From: Raillietiella orientalis
Taxonomy: Eukaryota
Length of the DNA stretch: 64,000 bases
NCBI GenBank assembly: GCA_036172245.1
Contig: JAYWIR010000022.1
Span: 1,426,001-1,490,000, forward strand
Direction: 5' to 3'
Part shown: positions 53,557 through 64,000 of the stretch, piece by piece
Position numbering within the stretch: the stretch's first letter is position 1
Layout: every line of letters begins with the position of its first letter
Translations under genes and position numbers: made by a program
The notes under the pieces: model-generated
The model's database searches: none
What the model saw: the letters and a program-made list of their open reading frames with translations, nothing else
Told to the model about the DNA's origin: nothing

Positions 53557-54083
53557 CTGGAGAAATCATTAGGCGCTCATCATTAAGACCACATAGTCTG
53601 ATAAATATCTTTTATGATTAAGCTTTGTTTTAGCAATGTGGTCTGAGTATGTAATGAACTGTGTTTTATGACCGAAACTGAGAAAGCTCGTCATGGCACT
53701 ATAAAGATGCAAGCCACTAATACGAGTTTAATTAAGCACAGCAAAAAGATGCATATAACATATTGCTTTAAAGAAAATAAAAGGATCCAAAACTAAGGAA
53801 GAATAGAATACAAGTCTTCGATGCTCAATAATTTACTCTCTTTCACTAACCAAATAACTTAGGTACATGCAGCTCTCCTGAGGCCAGCATACATTAACCC
53901 TACTGACATTTAAGCGAAGTTCGTAAATGTGTACTGCATACGAATCAATCAGCGATTACTGATGAAAGAATACTACAGTAGAATAACTTTGCCGGAATGA
54001 ATATGTGCATGAATTGTGCATTACAAATTCACTGAAGGCATTGTAAACATACGTTATCCATCGAATAATTCAAGTTGTAGCAA

Positions 54084-56669
54084 ATGAATTCGGCAGGAAA
54101 AAGTGAGTCTTTGCATGTGACATCTGTTGAATAGAATTGGTTGAATAACCTACGGTAGGAGAGACCGGCTTTAGTGAATGTTAAAAAGAAATTAATTATG
54201 TATGAGCACTTCAAATTAGTCTTTTTTAGAATTCAAGTTAGCAGTTTTACAGCTTCTGATTGGGGCCGATAAAAATGCAAACATCCACAAAAGTGTGCAG
54301 CAGATCCGAAGTGCTGCTTCAACCGGGTCGAAAGTGGTTGTTCTTCCAGAGTGTTGCAACTCTCCTTATGGTGTGCAATATTTCGAAAAATACAGTGAAG
54401 TAATACCAGGACATACAACCAAGTAAGTAACAAAACTTACAAATGGATACTGAGAATAGTATTAGTTTTCAAGATTGATCAATGCATTTCCAAAGATAGA
54501 AGAATTTTTAAGTTAGAATCCTTATGGAGCTTCCTTACTTATTTTATGTAATTAGAAATTTTGATTTAAAAATCTTTTAAGCGCAATGAAAGTGAAAACA
54601 TTAGATAATCTTGAAATTTTTATATTGCTATTTAATTATTCATGTTATTCTCGCATTATTAACTGATTTTGTCTAATGGTTTAATGGCTATTTCTGGTGC
54701 AAAATAACCACCAAAAAGTTATCCAAAATGTTTCAATTGCTTACCAAAGTAGCTCGAAATTTCGTCGGAAATTTTTTTCAGTAATTTAACTAATTTACAA
54801 AATATCAGGAATTTCAAGAATGTTTTGAAATTCAAAATGCTGTTGTAAACATTGACAGTAACAGTATGAACATGTGGAAAGATCTATGTATATTCTCAAA
54901 TTGCAATGCTTTTTTGAACGCTTTTCGAATGGTAAAGACTGAATTTCGAATAACCGAATCTAAGTATTTTGGTAATATAAAGCCTGCTTATGTGATGGAT
55001 TTGTATTTGTACAATATGTTATTTACTTAAATTTGCCCTCAATTTCATTATTTAATTTTCCGGTTTAATAGTTTCAGTGAAAAGGTCTTCCATGAAAAGG
55101 TCAAAAAGTAGCTGTTAGCAATTTTCCCTATTTCGGTATGTGTTACTTCAGCCAAATTAAACCAGTCATTCTACAGTATGCAACACTAGATCCAAAGGCA
55201 ACATCATCGAGGGTATTTGACTATTTGGAGGCTTTTTATTTAGGCAGTTTTCTTTTGATTCCAATAGTAACAGCAATATTCCTTTTTTTTTCCCATAATA
55301 TATTGCTGTTGACAGTGAATTAATCCATGCTTGGTTAGCATGTGACAAGCACAATAATTGATAGTATGTGAGTTCTAATCAAAGTGTTTATGTTAATTTT
55401 GTAAGTTATAATTCAAGTACATCATTATCATCTCCATGCAACCAATATTTAAATGCTGAAGTTCAGTTTTGTAAAACTGTACAAAGATTCTGGTCTCTTG
55501 TATTGGAAAAGACTGCTTGATATCCTCGTATGATTGCATAGCATTTGCCATAATTACAAAAGTGCTTGTATTTGTCTTTGTTGGACACCACTGGTTGTAA
55601 AATGAGCAAGCATTATCTGAATCAAATATTATGTGACTTTAGTATGTCTTAAGTTTTCTCTCTGTTTCATTGTAATCTTTGTTATTTATGCCCTCTCTTT
55701 GAAAGAGCAGAGAATTTCTTATATTACTTTTATTTAGAAAGATAAAAGGTACACTTACATGTAGATGCAACAGATTTCATCAATTTGTTATCAGGCTTTG
55801 TTATGTTTTTATTAATCTTTATGCTATGCTAAAGGATTCATGGTGGCTCAATTCATTGATTTCTTTTTTTTTTTTTGCTTTAGTGATTCCATTGAGTGTT
55901 TGAATCATCGAGTTTCTTATTTGTTACTTATTTTTTATTATTTCTTTCAGTTTACTATGTCAAGCAGCAAAAGAATGTGGGATCTATCTCATTGCCGGGT
56001 CAATTCCGGAAAAAGAAGAGAACAAGTTGTATAATACATCTGTAGTATTTAATCCACATGGTGAATTAATTGCAAAGCACAGAAAGGTAGAAATATACAG
56101 ATTTACACCTTACTAGCACATAATGATCATAGATACATCTATTTGACATCAATATCCCTGGAAAGATCTCTTTTCAAGAATCAAAGTCCCTATCCCCAGG
56201 AAATAATCTGACAACCTTTAAGCTACCTTACTGCACTGTTGGATTGGGCATTTGCTATGACATTCGATTTGCAGAAATGGCCATGATTTATGCTTCTCAG
56301 GGATGTGAATTGCTTATATATCCTGCTGCCTTTAATCTGATCACTGGTCCTGCTCATTGGGATTTGCTAGTGAGAGCTAGAGCTGTTGACAACCAGGTGT
56401 ATGTAGTTGCAGCATCCCCAGCTTCTGATCCCAAAGCAGAATATGTAGCATATGGCCATTCATGCATTGTTGACCCATTTGGAAAGGTTTTAGCAAGAGC
56501 TGGATCAGAGGAAACAATAGTAGAAGCTGAAATTGGTGAAGTTGCAACTCCGAAAATTGCCTTGAGTAAATATATTTTAGATTTGGATTATTTAAAGGAT
56601 GTGCGTAACAATATACCTATCACACAACAAAAAAGGAGAGATCTTTATGAAACGAGACTTTGCACTTGA
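54084..56669 (+). CDS. NIT2: Omega-amidase NIT2 (nitrilase superfamily), about 279 aa; exons 54084-54102, 54230-54422, 55951-56086, 56133-56535, 56581-56669
   Basis: Catalytic Glu-Lys-Cys motifs [33 protein letters not shown] and [10 protein letters not shown], plus [26 protein letters not shown] and KRRDLY. All exons join in phase. The final intron 56536-56580 is read through in the ORF track. Confidence 0.93.
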
Positions 56670-57018
56670 TGCATATTGCAGCTAGATATATACTTTCAAG
56701 AAAGAAATTAAGAGTATTGGCCAATATGCAAGGGACCTTAGGCTTTTGCTTTCTCCACTTCGAGTATCAAATGTCTGAATAGTTCTTGGCAGAAAGTTGC
56801 CTTGAATACTGAAAGTTGATACAGTAGGGCTAACACAAGCTTTGCTGTGATGTCGATTTTGCCCTCATAATGGATCCATTTCGAGAATGTAGACCATCCA
56901 AGGCAGTAGTTTAATATGCGTGAGAAAATGTCTAGAAAATGTCTTTTCTCACAAGCGTAGAGTTTTATAGTCTTTTTGCCAATAAAGTTTGTCATTTTGA
57001 ATAAAGTAAGCATGAAAA

Positions 57019-57660
57019 GTGCCCAGATTTTTCGATATAATGCGTTTCAAAAACACACCTGGGCACAACACTCAACATAAAGAATACATGCCCGTGTCAG
57101 AGACCATATGGTTACAGTCTCCGTACGTGGAACTAAGCGTCGCGGGTTCGAGTTTCCCCCGCAAGGTGATGGTGGTTGGCCCGGAATCGGATGAGGCACT
57201 GGTAGAAGCTGGTAAAAACCGGATGCCCCCAATGAGTGCCCGAGATTGGGAGTCAACCTTCCGGGGTCCTTTCAGGGAATAGAAGCAACGAGTCGGTTCC
57301 CTTCCAGTTGTGCAAATGGAGCCGTTCTCTTCCCCATCGAGGTGACCGCTCGTACCATGGAGCTGGTGGATTGATACCTCTCCAGAGTGTGAAGAAGCGC
57401 GCTGCTCTCTTCGGAAAGCGCCCTTCAGAGAAATTTGGAAGCTTCCCTTCGGAGTTTTCTTCAGAGGAGTCACAAGGAGCGGTTCCCTTGCGGGTTCCCT
57501 CCCAATTGTGAGAGAAACAGACTCCTTCTCTGGAGCCCTTCCTGAATTCATAGGATGGTCCCCTCCCGGAGTACCCCCTAACTTGAAGAGTTAACACGCA
57601 CCCTCGGGTGAATAAGTGTTCAAGAGTTTCGTGAGCCGCTAGGCGAACGGAGGTTCTTTA
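57019..57660 (+). other. GC-rich, highly self-complementary island of unknown origin with a tRNA-like 5' segment (SINE-like element, structured ncRNA or endogenised RNA element)
   Basis: Line 57121-57180 is 37/60 GC versus 16/60 in 57721-57780. Helices GTGCCCAG/CTGGGCAC, GGTTGGC/GTCAACC, GGCACT/AGTGCC, CTCCAGAG/CTCTGGAG, AGGAGTC/GACTCCT, TCACAA/TTGTGA. TGGTTACAG and GTCGCGGGTTCGAG occur at tRNA-like D-loop/T-loop spacing. Confidence 0.55.
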
Positions 57661-60600
57661 GTATTTAATGCATCAATAAACAAATAGCAGCATAAAGAAA
57701 TACGATGTGTGTTTTGATGCTATATTCTGTCTCATATTCTATGTATTTGTGTTTTTAATGGCTTTTAGCTGAATACGTTTGTACTAACCGCGAGTTTTCA
57801 AATAATTTACATGGTGAGAAGTTTGTTTATAAAATATCAAAAACAATTTGCAAAATATATTGTCAGAAAATAACTATGCGTTACAGACAAAAGACTGCAT
57901 ACGAGAATTTTGTTCTAAACCTTGCGTGCAGCTTTGGAAAATTACTGAGACTTTTACGCATATTTATGGTTCAAGCTGTTGATTTATACAGAACTGTTTA
58001 GAGACACTTTTTGTAATAGACCCCATTGTATTTTGACAACTCAAAATGAAAATACAAAAACAAGGATCTGTTCGGTCATCCCTGACGGTTCTTAGCTTCT
58101 GTACTGTGTACGCCGTCATCACCATGTGATAAACTGTTTAGTAGCAAGTGCGACCTTACGAATGCCAATTTTTTTCATCTTTGCATTTTGTATGTTGTAC
58201 TTGCTAAAAGTTATGATGTGACAAGTTGCAGTTTCATCTCATTTATATTTGTTTTCTTGATTAATATAATTTGCACTTTCCAGCGCGAAAGTCGATATAA
58301 CGTCTTGTAAGCCACCGAGCTCTTGGGACGGTGCCTACTGGAAATGCAGCACATACAGTCATCATCCCCAACATGAAAGTGGTTACATAATTAACCTATA
58401 TGCATCGGAAAAGAGAATCATTGAGACCAATTTCGAAATACCGTTATCATTCGTTTAAACATTTTAAAGCCATCACTTTTTAATCCAGTGGAGATCGTTT
58501 CACCCAAAGCAATCAACATATCCACGTTAACAGGTTGCCATAACTTAAATACAAGTGAAACATGCTGATTCCAAATTTTGCTTTGCATATAGGTTATCAT
58601 CTTGAGCTTTTTCCACCCTCTTAACTTATCGATTTTTACAGTTGAATCCTAAAGTTGCCACAAAATGCAACATCGATATAGCTTATCAATCGAGTAAAGA
58701 GAATTTCTTTTTCCAGTACCACATATTGTAAAATTTATAAAGTTTACGAAACAATCAGGTGGTTATCTGAGAGTATGTATCGTTTAGTCTTATCCTGCGC
58801 AAATGCAGATGTTTTGCAAAATGAGCACAAGTATATCAAAGGCTTTTCGATACTATGAGTGATGCACATGCATGCACATAAGGATCGTTGGTGTTGTCAT
58901 AGAGGCGGTCTGGCAGCCAGACTACCCCAGATAAAGTCCAAAGACATGTTAGTTTTATTACTAACTTTAATGTGAATATAATTAAGACTTTCAGTGTTCC
59001 TTTTTGTTCGTTCTCCCTTTCAAACTCAGAAAGATGATTTTTTTCTCCAACTTACTCTTTTCCTTCGCTTACTCCAAAACTACCTTTATGAATTTTCAAA
59101 TAAAAGGAACTACATACCCCAAAACCATCATCTTGAAATTTATTGCTGACTTGGAATCAAAAGTGTGATTGATTGCAGATAATGGTTTTAACTCTTTAAT
59201 ATAACTACGAAATCAACGTTGTTTCATGTTAACAAACGTTATCCATGTGTCAAATGTAATTCAAATCATATGTACGAAAGTATACTTATGGGTATTTATG
59301 ACTCCACTGATTGTAATCCAAAAAATTCCACGTTTCATCATGCAATGCCCTTTTGATCCCAAAAAGCTTTTAATGTAGATGGAGAATTTATGAAATAAGA
59401 AATATGAAATTATTCTTAGAGAAACAGATTCATGTTGGAAATAATTCTGGTTACATTTGCAAGAAGATGTATGAAAAGAGAATTAAATGAATTTTCAACT
59501 ATAGAAGTATCAAGGAATCATTCTTTGAAAAAGTAATGAGCAAATTTCCGGATATAAGCTAGAAATGAATATAGAAAAGTCTAAGGAGAGACTGTCTTTG
59601 TACCAAAGCATATCTGCAACTCACCAAGCTCCCAAAGAGTAATCGATAAACAGGAACTGTTTCACAATCGGGAAAGTTGGCAAAGGTAGCACAACTAGCT
59701 GAATGATTTGTTCATGTCCAACCTTAATATCAACACTGTCAACGTTGATTATCATTTATTGTATGAATTCCTCAAGGTATTTATTAGGTGACTTAAGGAT
59801 TTCAGCAGTAGAACAGAATGAATATGATCATTAGTGAAAAATTCGAGTAAGAAAGTTAAAGTAAAGGTATTTGTATCCTGAGCTCAATATCATGTACGTT
59901 TTATTTCAATATCGTTCATGTTAATAATTTGATGACATTCATGGCAATGCACTCCTGGAAACCATTACTATTGGGATCCAAGTTAATAAGATAATGGCAA
60001 TTTTTTCAAATTGTTATGTATAAAACCCGGAGTTGGAACGAGTTATAATGCATAATCTCATTAACTAAAATAAATAACAAAGTTCCATTAAATCAGCTTT
60101 CCAGTGCATTATGCTAGTGTTAAAATCGATTTTAATTGATTAACAGTCATTCATAATGTACGAAAAATCAGAGGACAATAAGCTCAAATAGTAAAACTCC
60201 AGTGATGTTCAGATTGCATGCAATCACTGCTTTTACTTTAGCATAACTTTTTTAAAATCGAAATCACTTCAGTATGCGTTTGTAGAGAATCACAATTCAT
60301 GACAGCTCCCTGCGCTTCCTTAAAAAAACAGCATGAAGGATCTAAGAATACGGAGAAAGCTAATTCTAAAAAATGTTGAACTCTTGAGTTCAGCAAGTAT
60401 GCTCTCTCTACTTTTGGATCAGTGAAATACTGCAGCGAAGACTCTGGAGCATGCATATCGCTTAATTATTCTTTGATTTGTGTCAAGATCAGACGACTAA
60501 ATCTGTACAAATATATTGAAAAATTTGCTGCATTTCTGAATACCGCAAAAATAATGACAAATGCCTTGAAACACTTCCCTCGTATGGAATATTCAGGTGA

Positions 60601-62317
60601 GAATAGGGTTGTCCGTACATGCATTCGCTCATTTGACTCCAATATAGAATGACTGATGTTTATGTTCTTTCATCGTCCCACGAGCAGAGAGCATTCAATA
60701 ACGCAGAATCACGATTTTAGAATCAAGCGTCAATGTTTCTTTGCAATGCACAAGGATTTCTTCTAGAATGGGATGAATGGTTCCTGAACGTTTGTCGGAG
60801 TTGAAGTTCCTTTTGATTAATACCTCTCGGTCGATGGAGATTTTTGAGTTTTTGCGTGAAAATTTTCTCTTAGCTGAAATTTTTATTCTAAGATTTTCAA
60901 AATGTTTGGAAGCATGTCGAAAAAATCATTGGACAAAAAAGTATTTATCATCCAATGCTCTCACTTGATGCCAGTCTCTATGCTTTACATTTCTTATTCT
61001 TTAATTATATTGCTTCCGATAACAGTTTAAATAATCCAGTAGCTCTACTTCTTGTAAAAGTGTTTTCTAGATACTTTAGATTTGAAGTTTAGAATTCAGG
61101 CACTTACTACTGATGTACGAATCAATAGTGGAGCTTTAAGGATATGATTGATCATCGAATTTTGGTGTAAGTTTTTTTGTGATATTAAGGCTATTCTAAT
61201 AAACAAACTAGCACCACTTTGTTGAGATTATTCATATTACGGATCTTATATCATGGAATCTAGAGCATTGTGAGGACAACAGAACAACCTTAAGAAATTG
61301 GAAGCTACATTTGGACACCATGGAGCCAAAAAAAAAAGTTTCAAGCATCCAATTATTTATAAATAAAGCATTTATTCTTAGTGCGTGAGCAGAGCAGTTC
61401 ACACACATTCACAAGCACTGATATAGCTTGAAGCTGATTTTAAAAAATATGTTTATTTTTTTTATAATCTAAATTGATTGAAGCACACAAAATTTATCGG
61501 AAATCCTTTAAAATCTTATCTGAATTTTTACAGCAGTCGTTTTCCATATAGATATAAAATTTCTCGGACATAATGCTGACGATATTTATTACACCTGATG
61601 TATGAGAAGAACTTGAAGTGCTCAATAACTCTCTTCATAACAAACAGAGAGATGTTTTTATTGAAAATAAAATTTGGTAGAAATTTTTTGCGAGCTAAAA
61701 TTAGCAGACATATTCTCATAATCTTATTTATGATTTATTTTCATTACTTAAGATTTCCAAAATGACCAATTGTAATTATTAAGTGGTGTATTTGTAACTC
61801 TGAATTCTTCGAGGAATCGAAGCTTTGAGCACTGGACCTAATTCGGCCATCCTTTTGACAATTGCGATGCTACTCTATAGGTCCTATAAAAGTACATTTA
61901 CTAAAAAATGAACCAATGAGTATTGAATAGCTTATAATTGCAGTGTTAATCACACTAGATTTATAAGGAGCATGATGTAGCAAAAGAAATTTTCGTGTCA
62001 TATGTAACTGGAACTGAATCTTGATGTATACTTTGTTAAGTAGTCGGTCCTGTTTTGCCTGGTTGAGCACTTGGAATCCTTTCTACACTAAATTTCTTTC
62101 TTTTGGATCTTTGGAAGCTTATTTTACTAGTTTTTGGAGGAATTTATTTCTTCTTTAATATATCCCTTTTCTAAATAGAAAAATGCTAATGCACATTAAA
62201 GTATTCGACCAACGTCTTGAAATAAAGAAACACGTGCTTTTCTCATGAATTCAGATACTCATATACTGTGTTTGAGAGTTTATTCATACATTTATTACGA
62301 GAGAAATGGTATATAAG

Positions 62318-62446
62318 GAATTATCAAGAAACAACACTTTCCACTATTAGGGAAACTATTAACATAGTTAATAGTGCATTTAATAGTTAATGGAAACAAT
62401 GCTAATAGTTTCCTCAATAATGGAATGTGTTGTTTCCTGTTAATTC
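62318..62446. repeat. Long imperfect inverted repeat (foldback/MITE-like)
   Basis: Left arm GAAACAACACTTTCCACTATTAGGGAAACTATTAACAT versus reverse complement of right arm GAAACAACACATTCCATTATTGAGGAAACTATTAGCAT (33/38), extending to GAATTA/TAATTC. Nested palindrome ACTATTAAC-ATA-GTTAATAGT. Confidence 0.75.
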
Positions 62447-64000
62447 ATCGCTTCTTAGATTAATAGGTATTCTGTTTCCATAAGGAAATTTTCCTGTTTG
62501 CTGAAACACTTTTGGTATATTCAATGGATATTGACATTGGATATATATTACTCGAATATACGTAAGAGGTATACTAGCTACTGGTTCATAAGAAATAGGA
62601 TGTGGCAATGTTATTTCGAATTTAATGCATGATGGTTTCGCGGAAGGTAGTGCTCATCTGTGCATTTTGTTTGTGAATATTTTGAGGAAATGTAATGCGA
62701 GTGAAATGTAGTAGAATGCAATAATTTGCAAAGTTCATGTGTCTTGAAGATTTCTACTAGAAGTGGGTAGAATTTTTATATTGTTTTGAAATTCCCTAGT
62801 TGAGGTTGAGATATTCTACATGTTGAGCAAAAGAACTATACCGGATTTCACTGAAGAATTAGTGGTATGTGACTTTTCATGCGGTCTGAAATTAATTTCA
62901 GTGCTTATTATTATTAGATTATTTTTAATTTTACTTCAAAGGCTTTTCTATTTGAATATTTCAAAATGAGAAAGCAGTTACTAATTTATTAATTGTATTT
63001 CCAATTTCCAAAAATATTAACCAAGGATGGTTTTTAGGAAGAAGTAAAACCAATCAAAAGACTATGTTTGACGAAAAGAGTGCCTGAAAGAGTACCAGAA
63101 ACTAGTTATCTTGAACACAAAATTGCATCATTAAACAATTGCACTTCAAGCAATGATGTCATGAATATCTTATTGTTTGTAAAAGATTTCATACCGTTAC
63201 AAGTAAGAATTCATCTTTATAAGATTTGCATTTTATGTACCATGGCTTTGATTTCACATTTAATTCTTTTGCTAACATATTTGCTATTTTTGTTGTCATA
63301 TTCATGTTCGTAATGTAAATTTTCATGTATGTACTCTATGGGTCAAAATTTTGCGATTAAAAAGAGATTTGGCAGCAAAGTTGTGCAGTTTCCCTGAGGC
63401 ATTTTTGGTATTTTTGGTGATTTACTTTGCCTTTCGTTTTGCTGTGTTCATTGTGTGAATATTTCGAGATTTGTTTTCCAAATTTTGTAATTGACAATCT
63501 CTCATTTGATCTTTCAAAAGTATTGAAATTCCAATAATTTGTTTTATTCCATTGTTATAACGATTGAATTATTGAATATCTTTTCAAGGAATGTGCTGAA
63601 GATAGTTTTAGATTCCTGGGAAATTGTGTTATTTTTACTGTTTTTTGACTTGAAAGTTCATCTAAAATGCAAAACCTGAACAGTACAGTTGATACATAAA
63701 GTCATCTCAAATATAGATTTATACTTCAGTGACTTCAAAAATTTATCACATTTTGTTTCTTAGTTTAAAATATTGTGAATCTTGCAATTCAAGTTTTTTT
63801 TTTCCTGGTATAATTATTGTTTGAATTTTTAAAAGTATAAAATGATCTATTCCAAGAAACAGATGAAAATGTTAATTTATTAATCATGCTTATTATAAGG
63901 AGTAGTAATTTTTTTTTATCTGAGGTTTCATATTAGCTGGGGAATCTATGTAGTTCTCTTACCTGTAATGCATGGATGGCATTTGATATGTAGTTTTATT

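Noticed and set aside
43485..57630. UGA=Trp (mitovirus-like) reading of the GC-rich islands
   Set aside because: TGA is common in some frames, but TAA/TAG also interrupt them and the excess is not convincing.
57570..57656. Telomerase template (CCCTAAC), HDV ribozyme J4/2 (GGCGAA) or group II domain V (GAGCCG...GGTTC) within the 57-kb island
   Set aside because: The template is too short and 3'-located, no P1/P1.1/P3 pseudoknot could be built, and the hairpin is too short for domain V.
1..64000. CRISPR arrays, rRNA, snRNA/SL RNA genes, U12-type introns, intact transposase or reverse transcriptase ORFs
   Set aside because: None seen; all reconstructed introns are ordinary GT-AG and no diagnostic motifs were found by eye.

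Overview
Eukaryotic (invertebrate animal, probably arthropod; inferred) genomic DNA with many very short GT-AG introns (41-53 nt). Four intact genes can be reconstructed exon by exon: Nup54 (minus, 14.8-16.3 kb), a secreted astacin/M12A metalloprotease with EGF and CUB domains (minus, 21.4-25.0 kb), V-ATPase V1 subunit H (minus, 47.4-51.1 kb) and omega-amidase NIT2 (plus, 54.1-56.7 kb, head-to-head with subunit H). A decayed astacin paralog lies on the plus strand at 39.1-40.0 kb and is invisible in the ORF track. Housekeeping gene bodies are CpG-depleted while the astacin region is not. The most unusual signal is a set of short GC-rich, strongly self-complementary islands (43.5-43.9 kb, 57.0-57.7 kb, smaller ones at 24.0-24.2 and 26.3-26.4 kb). 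The two large ones share a 30-nt block that translates to GTKRxGFEFP with mostly synonymous differences, followed by a stop exactly 11 codons later. They may be DNA copies of an unknown structured RNA element (RNA-virus/viroid-like insert, or a tRNA-headed SINE/ncRNA); this is a hypothesis needing database and folding tests. All analysis was by eye; no database searches were run.
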